A stretch of DNA of 63,208 nt, filler included, from Octopus bimaculoides (Eukaryota): the NCBI RefSeq assembly GCF_001194135.2. It is 6 parts of 5 records of this genome, joined end to end, with 100 filler letters (N's around TTAATTAATTAA, not from the genome) between each part and the next. Parts side by side here need not be neighbours in the genome. Positions count along the whole stretch, not along the records: positions 40,639 to 57,592 come from NC_068985.1; positions 57,693 to 63,208 come from NC_068985.1; 4 more parts are not named here. One strand, given 5' to 3'. A model generated the notes under the pieces. That model had not been told where the DNA came from and ran no database searches. It saw only the letters and a list, made by a program, of their open reading frames with translations. Shown here one piece after another: positions 52,571 to 63,208 of this stretch. The position numbers and the translations under genes were made by a program. How positions within the stretch are numbered: position 1 is the stretch's first letter; each line of letters begins with the position of its first letter.

Positions 52571-54037
52571 TTTACAATACTACACGCTTCGGATTACACA
52601 CCCACTCTGTTGACAGATATATAAGTGCAGTTTTTGCTCACTTATGGACTCGTAAACGACATACACACACGCACACACACACATATGTACACGCACGCTC
52701 ATGAAAGCGCGCGCACACATACACACATATATCCTTCCTCCTAACTTGTTTAGTCATGGCTCGCATAAAAGAAATTGGTCAAGTATGTAAATACTTTATA
52801 TATAGATTTTTTTCCAATATATTTGTTGTGTTCTTCTTTCCATAGTGTAATAAGTCACATGTTATTTGTGAAAAACATGTTTGTGATTCTTTAGATTCTG
52901 GTCTTTCACTACTTATTATTTCTACAGCTCATAAATGGACAGTGTTAGTGATCTTCTGTGACCATACAGAGTATTTGAACATTGTCTTACAGACACTTCC
53001 ATAGTTTGTAAATGTTTTTGATACAAACCATTATGTCATAGCTGATTTTTTCTAGTCAGTTATCAAACAACTGTCATTTTCATCGAACTGCAGTAAAATT
53101 TGCATGTACCCATTTTTTTAAAACTTTNNNNNNNNNNNNNNNNNNNNNNNNNNNNNNNNNNNNNNNNNNNNNNNNNNNNNNNNNNNNNNNNNNNNNNNNN
53201 NNNNNNNNNNNNNNNNNNNNNNNNNNNNNNNNNNNNNNNNNNNNNNNNNNNNNNNNNNNNNNNNNNNNNNNNNNNNNNNNNNNNNNNNNNNNNNNNNNNN
53301 NNNNNNNNNNNNNNNNNNNNNNNNNNNNNNNNNNNNNNNNNNNNNNNNNNNNNNNNNNNNNNNNNNNNNNNNNNNNNNNNNNNNNNNNNNNNNNNNNNNN
53401 NNNNNNNNNNNNNNNNNNNNNNNNNNNNNNNNNNNNNNNNNNNNNNNNNNNNNNNNNNNNNNNNNNNNNNNNNNNNNNNNNNNNNNNNNNNNNNNNNNNN
53501 NNNNNNNNNNNNNNNNNNNNNNNNNNNNNNNNNNNNNNNNNNNNNNNNNNNNNNNNNNNNNNNNNNNNNNNNNNNNNNNNNNNNNNNNNNNNNNNNNNNN
53601 NNNNNNNNNNNNNNNNNNNNNNNNNNNNNNNNNNNNNNNNNNNNNNNNNNNNNNNNNNNNNNNNNNNNNNNNNNNNNNNNNNNNNNNNNNNNNNNNNNNN
53701 NNNNNNNNNNNNNNNNNNNNNNNNNNNNNNNNNNNNNNNNNNNNNNNNNNNNNNNNNNNNNNNNNNNNNNNNNNNNNNNNNNNNNNNNNNNNNNNNNNNN
53801 NNNNNNNNNNNNNNNNNNNNNNNNNNNNNNNNNNNNNNNNNNNNNNNNNNNNNNNNNNNNNNNNNNNNNNNNNNNNNNNNNNNNNNNNNNNNNNNNNNNN
53901 NNNNNNNNNNNNNNNNNNNNNNNNNNNNNATGTATATATACATGTATATACATATATATATATATACATACATACATACATACACACACACATATATATA
54001 TATATATATACATACACACACACACGCACACATATAT

Positions 54038-54074
<37 letters not shown>

Positions 54075-55339
54075 TATATATATAGGCGCAGGATTGGCTG
54101 TGTAGTAAGCAGCTTGCTTACCAACCACATGGTTCCGGGTTCAGTCTCACTGTTTGGCACCTTGGGCAAGTGTCTTCTACTATAGCCTCGGGCTGAACAA
54201 AGCCTTGTGAGTGGATTTAGTAGATGGAAACTGAAAGAAGCCCGTCATATATATAGATATGTGTGTATGTGCGTGTGTCTGTGTGTGTGTTTGTGTTTGT
54301 ATGCTTGTGTGTTTGCATTTGTCCCCAACTGATGCTTGTGTGTTTACGTTCCCGCAACTTAGCGGTTCGGCAAAGACACCGATAGAATAAGTACTAGGCT
54401 TACAAATAATAAGTCCTGAGGTTTATTTGCTCGACTAAAGGCGGTGCTCCAGCATGACGGCAGTCAAATGACTGAACCAAGTAAAAGAATAAAAGAATAT
54501 ATATATATATATATATNNNNNNNNNNNNNNNNNNNNNNNNNNNNNNNNNNNNNNNNNNNNNNNNNNNNNNNNNNNNNNNNNNNNNNNNNNNNNNNNNNNN
54601 NNNNNNNNNNNNNNNNNNNNNNNNNNNNNNNNNNNNNNNNNNNNNNNNNNNNNNNNNNNNNNNNNNNNNNNNNNNNNNNNNNNNNNNNNNNNNNNNNNNN
54701 NNNNNNNNNNNNNNNNNNNNNNNNNNNNNNNNNNNNNNNNNNNNNNNNNNNNNNNNNNNNNNNNNNNNNNNNNNNNNNNNNNNNNNNNNNNNNNNNNNNN
54801 NNNNNNNNNNNNNNNNNNNNNNNNNNNNNNNNNNNNNNNNNNNNNNNNNNNNNNNNNNNNNNNNNNNNNNNNNNNNNNNNNNNNNNNNNNNNNNNNNNNN
54901 NNNNNNNNNNNNNNNNNNNNNNNNNNNNNNNNNNNNNNNNNNNNNNNNNNNNNNNNNNNNNNNNNNNNNNNNNNNNNNNNNNNNNNNNNNNNNNNNNNNN
55001 NNNNNNNNNNNNNNNNNNNNNNNNNNNNNNNNNNNNNNNNNNNNNNNNNNNNNNNNNNNNNNNNNNNNNNNNNNNNNNNNNNNNNNNNNNNNNNNNNNNN
55101 NNNNNNNNNNNNNNNNNNNNNNNNNNNNNNNNNNNNNNNNNNNNNNNNNNNNNNNNNNNNNNNNNNNNNNNNNNNNNNNNNNNNNNNNNNNNNNNNNNNN
55201 NNNNNNNNNNNNNNNNNNNNNNNNNNNNNNNNNNNNNNNNNNNNNNNNNNNNNNNNNNNNNNNNNNNNNNNNNNNNNNNNNNNNNNNNNNNNNNNNNNNN
55301 NNNNNNNNNNNNNNNNNNNNNNNNNNNNNNNNNNNNNNN

Positions 55340-55925
55340 NTATATATATATATATATATAGATGGACCAAAAACGCAATCGAGGGCATTAAGACGTTCGG
55401 ACAGAGAGACGATACAAAGGCGGACAAGAGAAACAACAATTAGAAAGACAGGCAAAAAAAAGACGGGTCATTCGTAGCTTTCTTTCCTCAGTCAAGTCCC
55501 AGAGGTCACGACCATTTCGGACAGTTACGCTTGAGATGGTTCGATCTGGATGCCCCACAAATGTCTAAGCTAAGAGCCTTAGACACCTTTGTAAGAATGC
55601 TAGCGAATGTGTACGGCAACAAAGACGAAGATAAAAACAAACCAAAAAACGGAGAACATGGTACACAATTACGCATACAACAACAAGAAATAACAACAGG
55701 CGTCTTTCGACTGAGAACGATTCAAATTGAGCTGGCGTGTATGAAGTAAAAGCCTAAAAGGAGGAACATGGGAGATGGACACAAGACGTGTTGGTGGTCG
55801 ACAACAAGGCCAAGAAACATCATGGCTGGCCGGAAACAGGTCACGTAGAATGAGGAGAGATGGGTAGGGGACAGCGAGATTGGAGGATTAGAAAAAAAAT
55901 CAGAGACAAGCAGAAAGGTGTAGGG
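55340..55925 (-). mobile_element. Unclassified interspersed repeat, possibly a PLE 3' region
   Basis: Purine-rich + strand like the other PLE copies; no protein motif recognised. Confidence 0.3.
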
Positions 55926-55928
55926 GAT

Positions 55929-56082
55929 ATAATATGGGTGGCTAATTCGCAATTTTACAACCGGAAGGCAGAATATATATCCGTCATTAAAGCACCAGTA
56001 TTGCTAGAAATGAGAGCCACAGAAGCACTATTTTAATGACTGCCATTAGATTGTAAAATTGCGAATTAGCCACCCATATTAT
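55929..56082. mobile_element. 154-bp MITE-like element with a perfect 32-bp terminal inverted repeat
   Basis: ATAATATGGGTGGCTAATTCGCAATTTTACAA (55929-55960) is the exact reverse complement of 56051-56082; an internal GTCATTAAA/TTTAATGAC inverted pair is also present. Confidence 0.8.
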
Positions 56083-56445
56083 TCAGCGTTTATGAAATCA
56101 GCGTACGGAAATCTTATAAGCTGAGAAGGCGAGCTGAGTTTAACCCTAGGCGCAGTGAGAGCCTCTGATAAACGTTAAGACGTGTTCAGCATCAAAATGT
56201 GAAATCATCGATGCTCTGGCTATATCTGCAACCGTAGAGAGCTTACCTCCCTTGTCAGTCATTAAGATAGTGTTTCTGTGGTTATTGAGTTGTTTTGACA
56301 CTTATTTCTAGCAATGCTGGTGCTGATTGAAGCCCTTTGTCAATTTTGTGACGCATATATCATAGTTTAACGTCCATCTTCTATGCATGCATGGGTAGGA
56401 CTGTTGACAGGAATCGGCCAGGTAGAAAAACTACCTGTCTATTTC

Positions 56446-56710
56446 GGCATGATTTTTACGGCTGGATGCCCTTCCAAACGCCAAGCACTCCGCAGAATGG
56501 ACTCAGAGCATTTTACATGGCCCTAGCACAAGTGAGGTTAGTTTTGGCATGACTTTTACGGTAAGATGCCCTTCCAAACGCCAACCACTCTGCAGAATGG
56601 ACTCAGAGCATATTACATGGCCCTAGCTCAAGTGAGGTTAGTTTTAGCCTGGTTGTTACGGCTGGATGCCCTTCCAAATGCAACCACTTTACAGAGTGGA
56701 CTGGATGCTT
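56446..56710 (+). repeat. Tandem array of a 100-bp unit (~2.6 copies)
   Basis: GGCATGA...TTACGG..GATGCCCTTCCAAACGCCAA... units begin at 56446, 56546 and 56646. Confidence 0.9.
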
Positions 56711-57466
56711 TTAACGTGCTACCCAACATAAAATGTCTGTGTATTTTGCTTCTTTATGTATAATATTTTACTTGTTTCAGTTTTTGGACTGTGGCCATAC
56801 TGGGGCACCTCCAATACTTACTTTTAAGCCTAGTATTTATTCTATTGTTCCCTTTCTACTGAACCCCTAAATTTTGAGGACATAAACAAACTTCTTACAG
56901 GTGGTGCCCCAGCATGGACACGGTATAATGACTGCAACCAATAAAAGAATAAAAAGAAAACATAGTTAACAGAGGACAGTCTAAAGCCATCAGCATTTCA
57001 GGGCCTGTCAGACTGGTCAGGCTGATGTCCAGCCTAAACAATTGCAGGTCAATGTTTGAAAATAGAAATAAGGATGAACAGGAAACAAGAGGTTGGGTCT
57101 GAATACATGTAACACAATGAATTCTCACAAAGGCATCCAAGGGTCGGGGATGGTGGTGCTGTAAAACTGGACTGTATACGAGATCTAAATTCTTGAAAAC
57201 TGTGAACATCATGTCTTCCTTTTCTAGAATCTTAAGTTGTTAATAAGTCACAGGTGAACCAAGATTATAAGGACATCGGTTCCTAAGCTTCAAGTTGCAG
57301 TCATCCCATCATTTTGGAAGGATTTGATATACCATTATGCAATGTAACCAGACAGCTATAAATATCACCCTGAGTGACCATAAATGGTTCCCTCGTTTAT
57401 GAATACAAACACACATGTACATACTTACATATACACATACGTGTATATATACATATATATATAAAC

Positions 57467-57530
<64 letters not shown>

Positions 57531-57702
57531 TATATATATGCATATATATAAATATATATAGATATGCATATATGTATATATACATACATATANNNNNNNN
57601 NNNNNNNNNNNNNNNNNNNNNNNNNNNNNNNNNNNNTTAATTAATTAANNNNNNNNNNNNNNNNNNNNNNNNNNNNNNNNNNNNNNNNNNNNTATATATA
57701 TG

Positions 57703-57734
<32 letters not shown>

Positions 57735-58189
57735 TATTCAGCGGGAACATGTCAGTGGCCAATTTGCAACTGGTGCACCGAAAATCCTGACCCAAATAAT
57801 AAATATTTTAGTGAAGTGAACGGTCTTTGTGTGTTTTTGAATGACTAACATGAGTTTTCCGCGTTGTGTTTACATACATAAATACATACATACATACATA
57901 CATACACACGTACATATATGCACACACACATATATATATATACAAACATATACATATATACATACATATGTGTGTGTGCACGAGCGTATACATGTATGTA
58001 TGTTTGTGCGTGTGCGTGCGCGCATGTGTTTCTATATATGTGTGTTTGTATATATTTGCGTATATATATGCATTGCTACTGTTAATTAGGGATCAATCTG
58101 GTGATACTGGTCATAATAATTATAGACATTGATGAGAACGTTCATAACGACAACGGCGAGCGTGACGGCGATGGCTATAACGACGACGG

Positions 58190-58700
58190 CGACCGTCTTG
58201 ATGAAGGTGATGATGATGATGATGAAGATGATGATGATGATGAAGATGATGATGATGAAGATGATGATGATGATGATGATGAAGATGATGATGATGATGA
58301 AGATGATGATGATGATGAAGATGATGATGATGACNNNNNNNNNNNNNNNNNNNNNNNNNNNNNNNNNNNNNNNNNNNNNNNNNNNNNNNNNNNNNNNNNN
58401 NNNNNNNNNNNNNNNNNNNNNNNNNNNNNNNNNNNNNNNNNNNNNNNNNNNNNNNNNNNNNNNNNNNNNNNNNNNNNNNNNNNNNNNNNNNNNNNNNNGA
58501 TGATGATGATGAAGATGATGATGATGATGAAGATGATGATGATGATGATGATGAAGATGATGATGATGATGAAGATGATGATGATGATGAAGATGATGAT
58601 GATGAAGATGATGATGATGATGATGATGAAGATGATGATGATGATGAAGATGATGATGATGATGAAGATGATGATGATGACAACGACGACGAGGACAACA
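58190..58700. repeat. (GAT)n microsatellite with periodic GAA interruptions, spanning an N gap
   Basis: Directly visible; produces the poly-D, poly-M, poly-H and poly-S ORFs in the track. Confidence 0.9.
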
Positions 58701-58939
58701 ATGACGATGCTGATGACAAACCATCACAACGATGTAGTTTGTGTTCTAGCGGGGAGGCAAAGAGATCCTTTGCTCGAATTCCCGAGGGATCTAATTAGCC
58801 AAGCAAACGCAATGTTCCCAAATATTTCAGTGTCGTAGACAGAGATGTCGTTGTTTAGCTAACTTAAGAGAAAGAAACACCTCTTTAAGCGTGTCAGACT
58901 GAGTTTGCATGTGTGTATGTATGTATGTATGTATGTATG

Positions 58940-58972
<33 letters not shown>

Positions 58973-59189
58973 GTATATATGTATTTATACGTATGTACTT
59001 ATATATATACCCATAACGAAAATTTTAGGTGGGTTGCAAACAGCACCGCGTGCAGGTTGTTTACATTACAACTGTTCTTTTTTTTTTTTTTTTTTCAAGT
59101 TGGTGGTCAAGCCAAAATCATTGAGACTCAGACACTATATTTGGAACTATAAAGAATGCGGGCAAGTATCTTTCCAACTATAGACAAAA

Positions 59190-60290
59190 GCGAAATCCCA
59201 CGAAAATTACCACACAGATCCTGAAATTTTCGTTAAGGGTAACATATTTGAGGTTGTTGTCTCTTTCATCTACCTCGGAAGCTCTGTACAAAATGATGGA
59301 AATCTGGACAAAGAAATACGTCTGCGAATTCAAAGGGCAGCTCAAGCATTTGGTGGTTTGGAGTCACGCGTTTGGCACCAACGACATGTAAATAACAACA
59401 CAAAATTGATTCTTTACAAATCGTCTGTCTTACAATTTCTTCTGTATTCTTTTGAAACATGGACGTGTTGTGAAAGACATTTCAAATTGTTGGAACGATT
59501 CCAACAAAAATGCCTTCTCCGCATTTTAAGCATTAAATAGGGCTTTTTCACTCCAGACACAGATGCCTTTGCGTCTGCAGACATCACTTCAATCAAATCA
59601 ATGATTCTGAAAAATCGGATGACATGGTCTGGCTATATTGTTCGAATGGCGTATGAACGCGCACCCAAACAGCCTGTTTTATTGTGAAGTTGTAGAGGGA
59701 AAACGCAATTGTTGTAAACCTAAAAAGAAGTTTAAGGATAACATAAGAACTACCATGAAGTCACTTGGAATGGATCCAAGGACTATAGAGATCTTTGCTT
59801 CCGATCGAGCTGGATGGTAAACAAAAGTGTGGAGTGGAGTGAACGCTTTTGAGGAGGCCAGGATGACACATGCAAGACTCAAGAGAGGTTTAAAGATGTT
59901 GCAGTCGAGAAGATGAATCTCAGTGATCTTTTTGTGTGTGCAGTTTGAGACAGACCATGTCTTTCTTTTGCTGGGCTCAAATCTCATTTGCGGACCCACG
60001 AAACACGAACCTCCACCAACCACTCTGCCTATATATTTGTGCACACCTTTCAATGTTGTGTATACCATAAGGTCTGCAAATCTAACGGAGGCCTCAAAGA
60101 CATTCTAAGATCTACAAAGATCAGAACTCAAAACTGGTGTTCTTGGTGGTCCAACTCAGATATGCAATCTATGTGGGCGTCTTTTCAAAACACTGTCTGG
60201 TTTAAAAAGCCACATCAGACGCCATGAAGGGGCTAAAGTGTAAGTGCACGAGGTGGTCAGACTCTGCATAAGGAGTAGACAACCACCATA
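59190..60290 (+). mobile_element. RTE-clade LINE, 5'-truncated, ending in three C2H2 zinc-finger motifs
   Basis: EVVVSFIYLGSSVQNDGNLDKEIRLRIQRAAQAFGGLESRVW...TKLILYKSSVLQFLLYSFETWT...LERFQQKCLLRILSIK is the RTE RT C-terminal region; zinc fingers at 59931-60243. Confidence 0.9.
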
Positions 60291-63143
60291 TATATACATA
60301 TATATACACGCACACGCACTTAGCATGTCGGCAAAAGAGACCGATAGAATAAGTACAAAGAATAAGTCCTGGGATCGATTTGCTCGACTAAAGACGGTGC
60401 TCGAGTATGGCCGCAGTCAAATGACTGAAACAAGTAAAAGTGTGTGTATATATATATGTATATGTATATNNNNNNNNNNNNNNNNNNNNNNNNNNNNNNN
60501 NNNNNNNNNNNNNNNNNNNNNNNNNNNNNNNNNNNNNNNNNNNNNNNNNNNNNNNNNNNNNNNNNNNNNNNNNNNNNNNNNNNNNNNNNNNNNNNNNNNN
60601 NNNNNNNNNNNNNNNNNNNNNNNNNNNNNNNNNNNNNNNNNNNNNNNNNNNNNNNNNNNNNNNNNNNNNNNNNNNNNNNNNNNNNNNNNNNNNNNNNNNN
60701 NNNNNNNNNNNNNNNNNNNNNNNNNNNNNNNNNNNNNNNNNNNNNNNNNNNNNNNNNNNNNNNNNNNNNNNNNNNNNNNNNNNNNNNNNNNNNNNNNNNN
60801 NNNNNNNNNNNNNNNNNNNNNNNNNNNNNNNNNNNNNNNNNNNNNNNNNNNNNNNNNNNNNNNNNNNNNNNNNNNNNNNNNNNNNNNNNNNNNNNNNNNN
60901 NNNNNNNNNNNNNNNNNNNNNNNNNNNNNNNNNNNNNNNNNNNNNNNNNNNNNNNNNNNNNNNNNNNNNNNNNNNNNNNNNNNNNNNNNNNNNNNNNNNN
61001 NNNNNNNNNNNNNNNNNNNNNNNNNNNNNNNNNNNNNNNNNNNNNNNNNNNNNNNNNNNNNNNNNNNNNNNNNNNNNNNNNNNNNNNNNNNNNNNNNNNN
61101 NNNNNNNNNNNNNNNNNNNNNNNNNNNNNNNNNNNNNNNNNNNNNNNNNNNNNNNNNNNNNNNNNNNNNNNNNNNNNNNNNNNNNNNNNNNNNNNNNNNN
61201 NNNNNNNNNNNNNNNNNNNNNNNNNNNNNNNNNNNNNNNNNNNNNNATATATATATATATATATATATACATGTATACGGCAGGCTTCTTTCAGTTTCCA
61301 TCTACCAAATCCTCTCAGAAGATTTTGCACATGGTTCCACACTGTGGGACTGAACCCGGAACTATGTGGTTGAAAAGCAAACTGCCTACTATTTGTTTCA
61401 GGTGGAGTTTTTTTCACTTTGCCTTTACCAAATCCACTCACAAGGCTTTGGTCGGTACGGGTCTACTACAAAGGACACTTGGCCAAGTTGCCATAAGGTA
61501 TCATCGAACCCGAAACCACATGTTTAGGAAGCGAGTGTCTTACCACACAACCATCACTGTATGTTAGCACTCATTAAAGTATACAAACTCAAGCACACAA
61601 ACGCACGCGCGAGCACACACATGACTACACATATGAGTGTGCATGTGTGTACTATAAATAGAAAGTTGGTCAGTCAGATTTTAGATTTGGGACAAGACAA
61701 CGAAACATCTAGAAACTCTAAGGCCTAGCGTTAAGGTAGCACTCGAATGCTAGTACGTATGAGAGCACAGATAAGCAACACTATACACACGCATATATAT
61801 ATATATATATATATATATANNNNNNNNNNNNNNNNNNNNNNNNNNNNNNNNNNNNNNNNNNNNNNNNNNNNNNNNNNNNNNNNNNNNNNNNNNNNNNNNN
61901 NNNNNNNNNNNNNNNNNNNNNNNNNNNNNNNNNNNNNNNNNNNNNNNNNNNNNNNNNNNNNNNNNNNNNNNNNNNNNNNNNNNNNNNNNNNNNNNNNNNN
62001 NNNNNNNNNNNNNNNNNNNNNNNNNNNNNNNNNNNNNNNNNNNNNNNNNNNNNNNNNNNNNNNNNNNNNNNNNNNNNNNNNNNNNNNNNNNNNNNNNNNN
62101 NNNNNNNNNNNNNNNNNNNNNNNNNNNNNNNNNNNNNNNNNNNNNNNNNNNNNNNNNNNNNNNNNNNNNNNNNNNNNNNNNNNNNNNNNNNNNNNNNNNN
62201 NNNNNNNNNNNNNNNNNNNNNNNNNNNNNNNNNNNNNNNNNNNNNNNNNNNNNNNNNNNNNNNNNNNNNNNNNNNNNNNNNNNNNNNNNNNNNNNNNNNN
62301 NNNNNNNNNNNNNNNNNNNNNNNNNNNNNNNNNNNNNNNNNNNNNNNNNNNNNNNNNNNNNNNNNNNNNNNNNNNNNNNNNNNNNNNNNNNNNNNNNNNN
62401 NNNNNNNNNNNNNNNNNNNNNNNNNNNNNNNNNNNNNNNNNNNNNNNNNNNNNNNNNNNNNNNNNNNNNNNNNNNNNNNNNNNNNNNNNNNNNNNNNNNN
62501 NNNNNNNNNNNNNNNNNNNNNNNNNNNNNNNNNNNNNNNNNNNNNNNNNNNNNNNNNNNNNNNNNNNNNNNNNNNNNNNNNNNNNNNNNNNNNNNNNNNN
62601 NNNNNNNNNNNNNNNNNNNNNNNNNNNNNNNNNNNNNNNNNTATATATATATATATATATATACATACTTACTTATATATATATATATATAAATATATAT
62701 ATATATAATTCCGTTTATATGTTAGTCACTTGTGTAAAGTATAGATGAAAACTCCGACAAAAATGTTTTTAACAAGAAATTCACAGTTGAAAGTCCGAAT
62801 TCCAAGGTAGTAAGGCAACACACGAAAGAGGAGGTGTGACTTTTTTGAGGAATACACCTGCGATTCCAACTAGTCAGACTTGGTGCCGTGTGGTTTATCA
62901 ATATACCATTCAGCTGTGCTCAGGTCTCTCTTTGAGATTGGTGCTAACTTTTCCGACAACAAAGGATATAAAAATTAATGAAATAAATACGCCACACCCT
63001 TAATAGAAACAGTTGGAAAAAAAAATCATTTGTTGTTACTTTTACTTCCATATACACATTTACATACACAGGCAAACTGACAAATGTACGGGCACACACA
63101 CACACACATATTCTCTTTCTCTCACTTTCTCTCACTCTCTCTT

Positions 63144-63208
<65 letters not shown>

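Noticed and set aside
53063-55455. Longest ORFs in the track (300-370 aa), also at 60244-62748
   Set aside because: They are long only because N runs contain no stop codons.
58101-58838. 245-aa Asp/Glu-rich ORF resembling an acidic biomineral or nucleolar protein
   Set aside because: Pure (GAT)n/GAA microsatellite spanning an N gap; the other frames give poly-M, poly-H and poly-S equally well; no splice or codon evidence.

Overview
Repeat-rich, gap-containing metazoan genomic DNA, almost certainly octopus: it carries the typical tRNA-derived SINE families and dense (TA)n, (CA)n, (TATG)n and (TTA)n microsatellites, plus many N gaps, five of which contain a TTAATTAATTAA linker. No complete protein-coding gene is recognisable, and most ORFs in the supplied track are microsatellite or N artefacts. 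Recognisable content is decayed mobile DNA: four Penelope-like element (PLE) fragments (RT, GIY-YIG or adjacent motifs) plus one tentative, a near full-length Tc1 transposase pseudogene, a mariner-type end, CR1, RTE and Dong/R4 LINE fragments, and dozens of SINE copies. One isolated + strand exon (6854-6936) resembles the kinesin motor segment just before DLAGSE. Highlights: a type I hammerhead ribozyme behind a PLE GIY-YIG end whose core and stem II defects are CpG deaminations; an RTE ending in three tandem C2H2 zinc fingers; several long inverted repeats, one built from a tRNA-like head; and alternating CpG-rich and CpG-depleted domains visible in the SINE copies themselves. All calls are by eye, with no database searches, and most repeat boundaries are approximate.
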